From positions 4,352,001-4,416,000 of the forward strand of contig OZ242351.1 in NCBI GenBank assembly GCA_965208675.1: a stretch of 64,000 nucleotides of DNA, in the 5' to 3' direction. The position numbers and the translations under genes were made by a program. Positions within the stretch are counted from its first letter, which is position 1; every line of letters starts with the position of its first letter. Source of the DNA: Candidatus Poribacteria bacterium (GTDB taxonomy: Bacteria; Poribacteria; WGA-4E; PCPOR2b). The notes under the pieces are model-generated. The model was not told the DNA's origin and did not search any database. It saw only the letters and a list, made by a program, of their open reading frames with translations. Shown here piece by piece: positions 28,316 to 37,420 of this stretch.

Positions 28316-29371
28316 TTGCACATCAAACCATCCCAGATTCTCATTCCAATCCTCATCATAGTCATAGCGCTGCTCATTAACGCCCTCATCATGCTCGCGT
28401 GCGGTTACCAACCGGCGGCGGCATTTGCCGCGCTGTTTCAGGGGGCGTTGGGCGGACCGAAACAGGTCACAGAGACGTTTGTCAAAACGTGCCCGTTGCT
28501 GCTGACCGGGTTAGCGGTTGCGTTTGCGTTTCGGTGCGGCGTGTGGAACATTGGCGCCGAGGGGCAGTACCTTGCCGCCGCCTTGGTTGCGACGTGGATT
28601 GGGACATCGATTACATACCTGCCGTCAATTTTGCTGATTCCGCTGGTGCTGGCTGCAGGGTTTGCCGCGGGCGGGTTTTGGGCTGCGATTGCCGGGATAC
28701 TCAAGGCGTACCGCGGCGTCGGCGAAGTGATTAGCACCATCATGCTCAATTTCATTGCCATCCAACTGGTTAGCTATTCCGTTGACGGCGGGCCGCTGCA
28801 GGAGGCGTCGAAATCGTACCAGTGGAGCGATCGGATTGTCTCTAACGCGCTGCTGCCGCATCTCCTGCCGAAATCTTTGATTCCCGGCAACCGCTTCCAT
28901 TTGGGCATTCTGATCGCGTTAATGTCCGCATTGTGCTTGTATGTCGTGCTGTTTCAGACTTCGCTGGGTTATCAGATTCGTGCGGTCGGGAAAAACCAAG
29001 TCGCGGCGCGGGCGGCGGGGATTCAGGTTTCCAAGAATATTATCATTGCGATGTTGATTAGCGGCGGGCTGGCGGGGTTGGCGGGCGCCATTGAGTTGAC
29101 GGGGTTAAGCCCGCATCGGCTCGACCAGAGCGCTCCGGGTTACGGTTATACGGCAATCGCCGTGGCGTTGCTTGGGCGTTTGCACCCGATTGGGGTGGTT
29201 TTTTCGGCGCTGCTTTTTGGGGTTTTGCAAGCCGGGTCGGAGACGATGAAGTTGGAGGCGCAGGTTCCCACAAAATTGACGTGGGTGATTCAAGCCACGG
29301 TGTTGCTGCTGGTGTTGGGGGTTAGTATTTATGAGGCGAGGCGGGAGAAGATGAGGCGTTCAACCGAGTGA
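28316..29371 (+). CDS. ABC transporter permease (nucleoside/sugar, BPD_transp_2 family)
   Basis: PLLLTGLAVA, WNIGAEGQY, EVISTIMLNF, GYQIRAVGKN, GYTAIAVALLG. Confidence 0.9.
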   Translation: MHIKPSQILIPILIIVIALLINALIMLACGYQPAAAFAALFQGALGGPKQVTETFVKTCPLLLTGLAVAFAFRCGVWNIGAEGQYLAAALVATWIGTSITYLPSILLIPLVLAAGFAAGGFWAAIAGILKAYRGVGEVISTIMLNFIAIQLVSYSVDGGPLQEASKSYQWSDRIVSNALLPHLLPKSLIPGNRFHLGILIALMSALCLYVVLFQTSLGYQIRAVGKNQVAARAAGIQVSKNIIIAMLISGGLAGLAGAIELTGLSPHRLDQSAPGYGYTAIAVALLGRLHPIGVVFSALLFGVLQAGSETMKLEAQVPTKLTWVIQATVLLLVLGVSIYEARREKMRRSTE

Positions 29372-29695
29372 ATAGCGAGGGATCAACCGACCGAATAGGG
29401 AGGGCGATAGTCTTCTCCTTTCCGGCCTATTCTAATCTTCTCCCAAACCCAGCGATTGTGTAGTATCGAGGCTAGGAAGCCTCTGCTACAGGTGGAGGTT
29501 GTGGTTAGGACGGCAGTAACCGCCCTCAGTCCCCCCTTGGTAAGAGTGAGGTTGAGGACTCCTAATTCCCCCCCTTACCAAGGGGGGGTTAGATCCTGGG
29601 CGTATTGAGGTTTGGGAGTTTCTGTCACGGTTGTTTACCGGAGTGTGCCTACTACTTTATCGCGGCTGGAAGCCGCTCCCACGAGCGGTAGGGGA
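29358..29695. repeat. Mosaic of GATC-hairpin and REP-like repeats between the two permease genes
   Basis: GATC-hairpin tandem 29358-29412; GAGGCTAGGAAGCCTC; CCCCCCTTACCAAGGGGGG; TCGCGGCTGGAAGCCGCTCCCAC. Confidence 0.8.
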
Positions 29696-29700
29696 TTGGT

Positions 29701-30636
29701 ATGGTTCAAGATATTTTTGAGGCGACTGTGCGGCAGGCGACGCCGCTGCTGATTGTGGCGCTCGGCGAGGTTATTGTTCAGCGGTCGGGTGTCATCAATA
29801 TCGGGCTTGAAGGCATCATGATTTTCAGCGCATTTATCGGGTGGCTGGGTTCTTACGCCATTCAGAGCGCATCGCCGGAACTTGCGCCGTGGGCGGGTAT
29901 TCTGTTCGGCGGCGCCAGCGGCTTGCTGCTCGCCGCGTTTTTCGGTTTTTTCGCGCTGCGCTTGAAAACCGATCAGATTGTGACCGGCACCGGCATTAAC
30001 CTGTTGGCGTTCGGACTGGTGGAGGTGCTGTACCGCCGCATCTTCGGCGCGACCGGCAGGTCGCTCAAGGTGCCTATTTTTGAGCCGCTGCATATCCCGC
30101 TGTTGTCGGACATACCGTTTCTGGGCGGCATCTTGTTTCAGCACAATATTCTCGTCTACGGCGCTTTTCTGGCGGTGCCTGCGGCTTACTTTTACCTGTT
30201 TCACACCTATCCCGGATTGTCGATTCAGGCGTGCGGCGAACACCCGATGGCAGCGGATGCCGCCGGTGTCAGCGTGCCCGGGCTGCAAGCGAAATGTGTG
30301 CTATTTGGCGGGTTTATGGCGGGGATTGCCGGCGGTTACCTCTCGCTGGTCGACGTGCCGTACTTCAGCCCGGAGATGACCGCCGGGCGCGGCTTTATCG
30401 CGCTTGCAATCGTGGTGTTCGGCAAGTGGCACCCAGTCAAGGCTTGCGGCGCGGCGCTCTTGTTTAGCCTGTGCAACGCCGTGCTGAATCGGTTTCAGGC
30501 AATACCCGATCTCGGTTTTATCCCCTACCAGTTTTTCCTTATGCTGCCCTACATCTTGACGCTTCTGGTGCTCACGGGGTTTGTCGGGCAGGCGAGACAG
30601 CCAGCCGCGTTAGCCGTACCCTATGAACGGGAATAG
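29701..30636 (+). CDS. ABC transporter permease (second subunit)
   Basis: QRSGVINIGLEGIM, DQIVTGTGIN, GEHPMAADAAGV, MTAGRGFIALAIVVFGKWHP, MLPYILT. Confidence 0.92.
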   Translation: MVQDIFEATVRQATPLLIVALGEVIVQRSGVINIGLEGIMIFSAFIGWLGSYAIQSASPELAPWAGILFGGASGLLLAAFFGFFALRLKTDQIVTGTGINLLAFGLVEVLYRRIFGATGRSLKVPIFEPLHIPLLSDIPFLGGILFQHNILVYGAFLAVPAAYFYLFHTYPGLSIQACGEHPMAADAAGVSVPGLQAKCVLFGGFMAGIAGGYLSLVDVPYFSPEMTAGRGFIALAIVVFGKWHPVKACGAALLFSLCNAVLNRFQAIPDLGFIPYQFFLMLPYILTLLVLTGFVGQARQPAALAVPYERE

Positions 30637-30683
30637 CGTCGCCCCGCATACTGCGCTTGCATACGCTCCGCCCGGATTCCATT

Positions 30684-31724
30684 TTACAACGGCAGGTCGA
30701 CCGATCTGCCCTGTTCAGCCGACAGGTAACAGGCTTGCATGAGTTCAGTCAGGTTGCGTCCATCCTGTATGGTGATAGTGGTGGGTTCGCCGTGCAGGAT
30801 GGCGTTAAACCACTGCTGCATCGGCGGGGGCGGCGGCGGCGGGCTGCAGGCGGCGTATTCCGCTTTTTCTTCGTCGGACAGGTTGCGCGTCTCGAAGTGG
30901 ATATTCTCTTGACCGACGGCGATGGAGTGAAGCGTTTCGAAGTGTTTATCGCCGTAACCGCTGACGATGGCGCCGTCGGTGCCGTAGAGTTCGAGCATGT
31001 TGGGCCCGTGCCGGTGCACCCAAGATACATCAACGACGCCGAGCGCACTGTTCTCAAATTCAATCACGGACGCGCTGTTGTCGTCGATGGGGTAGGTGCC
31101 ACGGTGGTTGTTAATCTTTGCGATAACGCTCTTGGGCGTGCCCATCAGCCACGGGACAACGTCCATTCGGTGGCAGCCGAGGTCAAACAGCGCACCGCCG
31201 CCGGCTCGTTTTGCGTCCGCGAACCAGATACTGGTGTCTCTGAGCCATCCATCGACCGCGGCGGGATGTGCGATACGTCCTCTGCCGAAGGTTAAATCGC
31301 CCAGCAGCCCGTCATTGACGGCTCTTTTGGCGAATAGGAGGCCGGCGTTGCAACGCGATGGCAGCGAAATCATGAATTTGACGCCCGCCTTTTCGACGGC
31401 GGCGATAATCTCGTCGCATTCGTCGACCGTGATTGCCAAGGCTTTTTCGGTGAAGATGTGTTTGCCAGCCTCCGCCGCGGCAATCATGACGCGCGGATGT
31501 TCCGATGTCGGCGCGTTGACGACGACGGCATCCACGTCGTCCAACTCGAGGATGGCGTCGAGGTCGGCGTAAAAGGGTGCGTTAAAGTCGCTCGCAGCTT
31601 CACGCCCGCCGTATTCCTCCTCGTCCCACACCGCAACGATTTGGGCGTCCGGGTTGTTTTGAACATCGTTAGCGTATCCTCTGGCGTGCGTGTGGGCGAA
31701 ACTCAACATTGCGACGTTGACCAT
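30684..31724 (-). CDS. Gfo/Idh/MocA family oxidoreductase
   Basis: VDAVVVNAPTSEH, AGKHIFTEKALA, GGGALFDLGCH. Confidence 0.9.
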   Translation of the reverse strand: MVNVAMLSFAHTHARGYANDVQNNPDAQIVAVWDEEEYGGREAASDFNAPFYADLDAILELDDVDAVVVNAPTSEHPRVMIAAAEAGKHIFTEKALAITVDECDEIIAAVEKAGVKFMISLPSRCNAGLLFAKRAVNDGLLGDLTFGRGRIAHPAAVDGWLRDTSIWFADAKRAGGGALFDLGCHRMDVVPWLMGTPKSVIAKINNHRGTYPIDDNSASVIEFENSALGVVDVSWVHRHGPNMLELYGTDGAIVSGYGDKHFETLHSIAVGQENIHFETRNLSDEEKAEYAACSPPPPPPPMQQWFNAILHGEPTTITIQDGRNLTELMQACYLSAEQGRSVDLPL

Positions 31725-31752
31725 GATTGTGCCTCCTAGTTTTTGTAGTTTT

Positions 31753-32460
31753 TGTAGGTTGGGTTAAGCGGTGTAAATGAGAGGCGCGAAAAATGTCGAA
31801 TGGATATCGGTATTCGAATATGTGCGGTAATTGTTAAAGGGTAGCGAACCCAACGATCAACCGACCGAATAGGATCAACCGAGTGAATAACGAGGGCGAT
31901 AGTTTTCAACTACGATAGTCTTGTTTTAATTGCGAGGCGTTCAGGTCACCGCGCGACGTTCGTAAATACGAAAAGCGTTGGGATCAACTGAGCGAACAGC
32001 GAGGGCGATAGTCTTTTCTTCTCCCGTCTTCGGGTACTCCGTGAATCGGGTTTTGTATATCGTTAGGTTTCCCAGAGCGCAACGTGAATTTGTACGTCAT
32101 TTGGTGGAAACCGCTCAACCCAACCTACAAGAACTACAAGAGTTACTATGTCGCGGCTGGAAGCCGCTCCCACAGGTGGTGGTTGAGGTGAAGACGGCAG
32201 TAACCCCCCTCAGTCCCCCCTTGGTAAGGGGGGAGGTGAAAGAGATGCCCTCCTTGGTAGGTAAGGGTTAGGTTGTGGTCTCCTAATTCCCCCCCCCTTA
32301 CCAAGGGGGGGCGAGGGGGGGGTTAGATTCCGGGCGTATTGAGGTTTGGGAGTTTCTGTCCCGGTTGGTTACCGGAGTGTACCTACTACTTTATCGCGGC
32401 TGGAAGCCGCTCCCACAGCGGCTCCAACTCTAACGGTAGGCGCGGTTTCCTAACCGCGCT
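31753..32460. repeat. REPIN-like element (31753-32129) interrupted twice by GATC-hairpin elements, followed by a REP mosaic
   Basis: Same terminal repeats as the 16691 copy; inserts at 31855-31920 and 31982-32013; further palindromes to 32460. Confidence 0.85.
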
Positions 32461-32465
32461 TGGCG

Positions 32466-33497
32466 TTATTCGTACGTGATTGGAACCGACCTGCCAATCC
32501 GAGCCGACTCGTAGATGGCGTCGAAAATTTTGGTGGTGAGCAGCACCTCTTCCGCCGGCACCGGCGACGGCAATCCTTCGCGGATGGCTTTGTGAAAAGA
32601 TTCGAATTCGCCGGGCGTGTCGGGAGCGAATTCGGGTTTGTATTCGACCAGGTGTCCGTCTTTGTCGGTATAGATGCACAATGGGCGGTAGGTCGCGCCT
32701 GCTAGGTCGCCCATGAAGAATGTCGTACCGGTATTTTCGATGTGAGCCGCCCACGCGGATTCCAATGTCACGGTTAACCCGTCTTCGAATCGGATGGTGC
32801 CCATGGCGAAATCTTCGACATCGTATTTGGCGCGGTCCCAATCGACGGGGTTTACGATATCGTGCCGGTGCCCGAATCGCTGGGCGACCGATCCAAAGAC
32901 TTCAACCGGCTTGGGGCAGCCGATCATCCACAACAGCACATCAAGTTCGTGCACACCGATGTCGATGAGCGGCCCGCCCCCGGAAATGGACTTCACCATG
33001 AACGTCGGCGAAAGGCCCATGCCGCGGCGGCGCATGGTGACGGCGCGGGCGTAATAGACATCGCCGAAAAGCCCCTCCTCCCACAGTTTGCGCAGGGTTC
33101 TGGCGCCCTTCCCGAAACGGGATTGCAGCCCAATCTGCAGGATTTTGCCCGATGCGCGTGCGGCGTTGACCATGGCTTGTCCATCTTCAGCATTGCCGGC
33201 GAGCGGCTTCTCGCAAATTACATGTTTGCCTGCGTTCAGCGCGGCGATAGTCGGCGCGGCGTGAAAGTTGTTCGGGGTGCAAACGCTGACTGCATCAATT
33301 TCAGGCATCGCAATCAGTTGATGGTAGTCTGTGAAAACATGTTCAATGTCGTAATCATGGGCGCAATACCTCGCCCGCTCTTCATCTGTGTCGCATACTG
33401 CGATGACGGAAACGCCTTCGACTTCTCGGTGGCTCACCAGATGTTTCGCTTTCCCGATGCTGCCGACGCCAACGATGCCAACGTTAATTTTTTGCAT
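32466..33497 (-). CDS. Gfo/Idh/MocA family oxidoreductase
   Basis: GIVGVGSIG, IDAVSVCTPNNFH, AGKHVICEKPLA, GGGPLIDIGVH. Confidence 0.92.
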   Translation of the reverse strand: MQKINVGIVGVGSIGKAKHLVSHREVEGVSVIAVCDTDEERARYCAHDYDIEHVFTDYHQLIAMPEIDAVSVCTPNNFHAAPTIAALNAGKHVICEKPLAGNAEDGQAMVNAARASGKILQIGLQSRFGKGARTLRKLWEEGLFGDVYYARAVTMRRRGMGLSPTFMVKSISGGGPLIDIGVHELDVLLWMIGCPKPVEVFGSVAQRFGHRHDIVNPVDWDRAKYDVEDFAMGTIRFEDGLTVTLESAWAAHIENTGTTFFMGDLAGATYRPLCIYTDKDGHLVEYKPEFAPDTPGEFESFHKAIREGLPSPVPAEEVLLTTKIFDAIYESARIGRSVPITYE

Positions 33498-33552
33498 GGT
33501 ATTTCTCTGCTCCTTCCGGCTATGGTGCGTCCAGATTGCCTGTGCAATTCTT

Positions 33553-33572
33553 TGTGGATAATTTGTGGATAA
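33553..33572 (-). promoter_or_regulatory. Pair of perfect DnaA boxes
   Basis: TGTGGATAA at 33553-33561 and 33564-33572. Confidence 0.6.
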
Positions 33573-33632
33573 CTCGCCAAGTGGGTGTGATTAACGCCGC
33601 GGCGCGTTAACGCCTGTTGCCCCCATTATACC

Positions 33633-34622
33633 TCAAATGTGCTGAATTGGAATACCGATTTTTCCGACGGACGCGCCGGTGGCGACCATCGGGTAGCCCG
33701 GGTGCGACCAGAAGATGCCGCTCTCCGGCGCGCGGATAGTCTCTTGCGGATGACCGAAGGCGTCGCAAATTTCGGCGATGGGCTGGTATGCCTCGACGCA
33801 GTCGTATAGGTTGGCTTTATAGTGGACGAATCCGCCGCAGTTGCTCAGGAGGGTGACGAACCGGTCGATGACCACCTGCTGATCAGGAATTTCGGGGTCG
33901 CCGTCGACGAACCCGAAATGTTTGAGAACATTGAGCACGCCGCGCACGCCTTTTGCGATGCTCGCCGGGTTCCATCCGCGGCAGCCGCCGAGTTCGGGAT
34001 CGATGGTTGGGATACCGACCTCCGGCGCGGCTTGCGCCAGTTGCCCCTTGGGTCCTTTTTTATCGAAGATGTAGCCGATGCCGAAGATTCGAGCCAGTGC
34101 CAGACAAGCATCGTGCTGCGGGTGGTTCCGCGAAACGCGGACGCGGACTTCGTCAATCATGGGGTCGATCCCGCCTTGGTGGAGGTCGATGCAGTAGTCC
34201 GATTGTTGGACGAGTCCGTTAAAGAGACGGTGGGCGATGCGTTCGCTCGACGTGCCGTCAGATTTGCCGGGGAAGCACCGGTTCATTTTCATCTGATCGA
34301 CGGGGCTGTGGGCTTGTTGGGCGTGGAATGCGTGGAAATTGACGATGGGCACAGCGATAATGCGGCCCCGCAAATGCGCTGGGGAAATTTTGCGGATAAC
34401 CTCGTGGATAACTGCGATGCCGTTGAGTTCGTCGCCGTCGCTTATGGATTGGAGATAGAGCGTTTTAGCCCCCTGTTTTCCGTTGATGAGCACGACGGGC
34501 AGCCGCACGGGCGTGCCGTCCGGCAGCGATCCGACGGTGATGTAGTCTTCAACGCGTTCGCCCGGTTTTGCGGTGATGGAGCCTACGGAGAGGCGGTTAT
34601 TAGTTATCCACATTTTATCCAC
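33633..34622 (-). CDS. Succinylglutamate desuccinylase/aspartoacylase (M14-like) family protein
   Basis: SDGDELNG, MNRCFPGKSDGTSSER, IDLHQG, PELGG; start uncertain. Confidence 0.85.
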   Translation of the reverse strand: MDKMWITNNRLSVGSITAKPGERVEDYITVGSLPDGTPVRLPVVLINGKQGAKTLYLQSISDGDELNGIAVIHEVIRKISPAHLRGRIIAVPIVNFHAFHAQQAHSPVDQMKMNRCFPGKSDGTSSERIAHRLFNGLVQQSDYCIDLHQGGIDPMIDEVRVRVSRNHPQHDACLALARIFGIGYIFDKKGPKGQLAQAAPEVGIPTIDPELGGCRGWNPASIAKGVRGVLNVLKHFGFVDGDPEIPDQQVVIDRFVTLLSNCGGFVHYKANLYDCVEAYQPIAEICDAFGHPQETIRAPESGIFWSHPGYPMVATGASVGKIGIPIQHI

Positions 34623-34623
34623 A
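34604..34623 (+). promoter_or_regulatory. Pair of perfect DnaA boxes
   Basis: TTATCCACA at 34604-34612 and 34615-34623. Confidence 0.6.
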
Positions 34624-34724
34624 ATTGGGTTACAATTTTTTGGGGGTGGCGGCGTAAATCAAGCTGCCTGGACTGTGATTTTTGTGATTGAATGATGGGT
34701 TGTGATTATAGAGAACACATCTCG

Positions 34725-34945
34725 CTGTAGGAGCGATCTCCGAATCGCGACACACGTCCTGTGGGAGCGATCAACTGAGCGAATAGCGAAGGATCAACCG
34801 ACCGAATAGGGAGGGCGATAGTCTTTCCTAGTCTTCTCCTTTCCAGTCTTTTCTTGTCTTTTCCGAAACCCAACGATTGTGTAATATCGAGGCTAGGAAG
34901 CCTCTCCCACAGGGGAGGGTCGTGATTCGGAGATTGGTCCTAAGG
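34725..34945. repeat. REP mosaic with tandem GATC-hairpin elements
   Basis: GTAGGAGCGATCTCCGAATCGCGA; GATC at 34769 and 34792; GTCTT-rich tail. Confidence 0.8.
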
Positions 34946-34949
34946 GGTA

Positions 34950-35151
34950 AGCGATTGCGATTCCCGGCGATGGTTTCGACCACTGCCGTTTACTTACGGC
35001 GTTCGGCTTCCTTCCGACTGATGAACCTGCCAGTTTATGCATCGCGACCGCCCGGCTTGCTGCCAACAACCTTTTCTACAGCCCGTTGAGCTTGTCTTTT
35101 TGTGAGTTTGCCGCGTTTGGGCGGGTTCTTAACGGTTCTTTCTCGTCCCAC
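34950..35151 (-). pseudogene. Paralog of the small basic protein with two in-frame TAA codons
   Basis: Manual translation MGRERTVKNPPKRGKLTKRQAQRAVEKVVGSKPGGRDA*TGRFISRKEAERRK*TAVVETIAG; AAGGTGAT RBS; colinear with 35305-35556; 3' end approximate. Confidence 0.7.
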
Positions 35152-35304
35152 TATTATCACCTTTTTGAATTATGTTTTAAACAACCGACGGTTGGGCTCA
35201 ATGGGGGTAAAATATGTCCGTTTGCCGTAAGATGGATTTCGGGGAAGACTAACGCCATCGCTATGGACTCCGATGACCCCGCTCCACCCAACTTACAAGG
35301 GCTG

Positions 35305-35556
35305 CTATCCTCGTTTATTCGGCCTCGTGATGGTCTCAACCACCGCCGTATCCTTCCGGCGTTCGGCTTCCTGACAACTGATAAACCTGCCCGTTGCTGC
35401 GTCGCGACCGACCTTAATGGTCGTTACATCATGATTCGCCGAAGACTTGCCGCCGCCGTTTTTGCCGAAAACGACCTCCCGTACGGCTCGTTTGATTTCG
35501 CTTCTTTTGAGCTTACCTTTTTTGGGTGGATACTTGACGATTCTTGGTCTTGCCAC
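35305..35556 (-). CDS. Small basic protein with GRDAxTGRF...TAVVET motif
   Basis: Perfect GGAGGTGA RBS, GTG start; duplicated in degenerate form downstream. Confidence 0.7.
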   Translation of the reverse strand: MARPRIVKYPPKKGKLKRSEIKRAVREVVFGKNGGGKSSANHDVTTIKVGRDAATGRFISCQEAERRKDTAVVETITRPNKRG

Positions 35557-35569
35557 GTAATCACCTCCT

Positions 35570-35633
35570 TGAATTGTGAATCAAAGGGACAATTTAGAAA
35601 GACATTATCATTATAGTTTTTGGGTAAGCTCAT
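35570..35633 (-). pseudogene. 5' remnant of a gene starting MSLPKNYNDNVFLNCPFD
   Basis: VFxNCPFD resembles the start of a widespread hypothetical family (from memory); similarity stops after ~21 codons at the next gene's RBS. Confidence 0.4.
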
Positions 35634-35749
35634 GATTTGCTCAGTTTATCTGTTAAATCCCTTTGGTCATAAAATTCAGGATAATATTATGCCATATTTG
35701 AAGGACATACATCAACGAAAACCAATTGCGAAAAAGCCGGCAATCAGGA

Positions 35750-35921
35750 GATCAACTGAGCGAACAGCGAAGGATCAACCGACCGAATAGGGAGGGCGAT
35801 AGTCTTTTCTTCTCCCGTCTTCGGGTTCTCCGTGGATTGGGATTTGTACGTCGTTTAGGTTTCTCAGAACGCGGCGTAAAATCGAAGGTCACTCGGTGAA
35901 AACCGCTCTACCCAACCTACA
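35750..35921. repeat. Tandem GATC-hairpin elements plus 3' half of a REPIN
   Basis: GATC at 35750 and 35773; ends ACCCAACCTACA. Confidence 0.8.
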
Positions 35922-36594
35922 AGAACTTACGGGCGACGACGACGGCGATGGGGCCTCGGCGCCAAACGCATTCGGCGTCGAATCCGGCGGTGCGGACGGC
36001 GTCGAGTTCAGCCTCCAGCGGGAAATAGGTGTCCTCCTCCGCCCATTGTGCGAAATATTCGCGCGCCCGCGGCTCCGCAATGCCGGAAGCTGCCATGTGA
36101 TCCATCCAGCTTCGCCAAGTCGCCTCGCGTTCCGGGGGCGCGGCTGGCATCGTCGCGTCGGCGTTGACGAAGACGCCGCCGGCTCGGAGCGCACCGTAAA
36201 TCCGCCGGTACAGGGCGCGCTTCTCGCCGATTGCCGGTATATGGTGGAGCGCCAACGACGCTGCGGCGGCATCGCAGGGCGGCAACGGCGCATGGAACGA
36301 CGACTCGGTGAATCGGGCGCGCCCGTCGAATCGCGCGAGCCGCGACCGGGCTTGCGCCAGCATGCCACCGTCGATGTCGATGAGTTCCACCGTCCCGGAA
36401 GCGTTCGCCGAGAGAATCGCCTCCGACAAGGCGCCGGTGCCCCCGCCGAGGTCGAGCGTCAAGCCCGGTTTTGCGCGGACAATTTCACGCGCGGCGACGG
36501 CGATCATCGTCTCGTAACCCGGAATGAAGCGGCGAATACTTTCGTCGTAAGTGCGGATTTCAATGCCGAGGTGGCGGTGTACGGAGTGGTTCAT
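35917..36594 (-). CDS. Class I SAM-dependent methyltransferase
   Basis: YDESIRRFIPGYETM, LDLGGGTGAL, SLALHHIP, LRAGGVFVNAD; stop TAG lies in the REP end. Confidence 0.88.
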   Translation of the reverse strand: MNHSVHRHLGIEIRTYDESIRRFIPGYETMIAVAAREIVRAKPGLTLDLGGGTGALSEAILSANASGTVELIDIDGGMLAQARSRLARFDGRARFTESSFHAPLPPCDAAAASLALHHIPAIGEKRALYRRIYGALRAGGVFVNADATMPAAPPEREATWRSWMDHMAASGIAEPRAREYFAQWAEEDTYFPLEAELDAVRTAGFDAECVWRRGPIAVVVARKFL

Positions 36595-36631
36595 TGGCGT
36601 TTGAAGAAGGATGTGAGGTTTGGGGTTTGAG

Positions 36632-36661
36632 TTGACATTGTAACAAATCCAGTGGTATAAT
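36632..36661 (+). promoter_or_regulatory. Consensus sigma70 promoter, copy 1
   Basis: TTGACA-18-TATAAT with TG extension. Confidence 0.75.
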
Positions 36662-36715
36662 CGCAACCATTAGGGGAGTTGCAGTAGGGCCGCTTTTGGT
36701 TTGGAGGAGTGAAAA

Positions 36716-36942
36716 ATGGAGGTTTTTGCCAGCTACATACCCGTCGTTCTTATCGTGCTAGCCATAATTGCCAGTTATTGGCGAACGAGCACACAGTTGA
36801 GAGTAATAATGATGAATATGGTGACTAAAGACGACATTAGGGATCTGAAAGATGAATTCAGGGATTTAAGAAATGAGATGAAGGACATGAAAAATGACAT
36901 CTAGTAACTGAGGACAATGTAGAACCCGCGCAGCCGAGTTAA
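36716..36942 (+). pseudogene. N-anchored coiled-coil paralog 1, truncated by internal deletion/frameshift (ORF 36716-36904)
   Basis: MEVFASYIPVVLIVLAII start as in the paralogs; stop at 36904; C-terminal LVTEDNVEPAQPS* survives in another frame to 36942. Confidence 0.75.
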
Positions 36943-36984
36943 TCAGCCGTTACCGTTACATGGAATGACCTCTATTGAACCGCC

Positions 36985-37014
36985 AGCCGTTGGTATATGC
37001 CAGCGGCTTTTTTT
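36985..37014 (+). terminator. Intrinsic terminator, copy 1
   Basis: AGCCGTTGGTA-ta-TGCCAGCGGCT plus T run. Confidence 0.75.
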
Positions 37015-37031
37015 GTGGATTGGATAGGAGG

Positions 37032-37320
37032 GATCAACTGAGCGAATAGCGAAGGATCAACCGACCGAATAGGGAGGGCGATAGTCTTCCATCTTGTATT
37101 TGAAACCGAGTTTTTCTTCAAAACTCGGTTTCTTTAACGCAACGGTTGTTTGCCGGAATATGCCTGCTACTTTATCGCGGCTGGAAGCCGCTCCCACAAG
37201 GAATGGCTCGCGATTCGGAAATCGCTCCTACAGAGAAGTTTGCCTCTTAATCATAGCCCATCATTTAATCATACAAATCACAGTTCAGACACTAAGAATT
37301 CCCCTCAACCCAACCTACAA
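37032..37320. repeat. GATC-hairpin tandem and REP mosaic
   Basis: GATC at 37032 and 37055; GAAACCGAGTTTT...AAAACTCGGTTTC hairpin; further REPs. Confidence 0.8.
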
Positions 37321-37338
37321 ACAATATTGGAATTTGAG

Positions 37339-37368
37339 TTGACATGGTATCAAATCGAATGGTATAAT
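37339..37368 (+). promoter_or_regulatory. Consensus sigma70 promoter, copy 2
   Basis: TTGACA-18-TATAAT with TG extension. Confidence 0.75.
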
Positions 37369-37420
37369 CGCGTCCACAAGTCGAGGGGCAGAAGGATTCT
37401 TCGGATTGGAGGAGTGACAA

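Noticed and set aside
31978-32271. Short ORFs within repeat mosaics (also 37094, 37150, 38648, 39399, 40360-41257, 61039)
   Set aside because: Translations of REP/REPIN sequence; no RBS or coding signature
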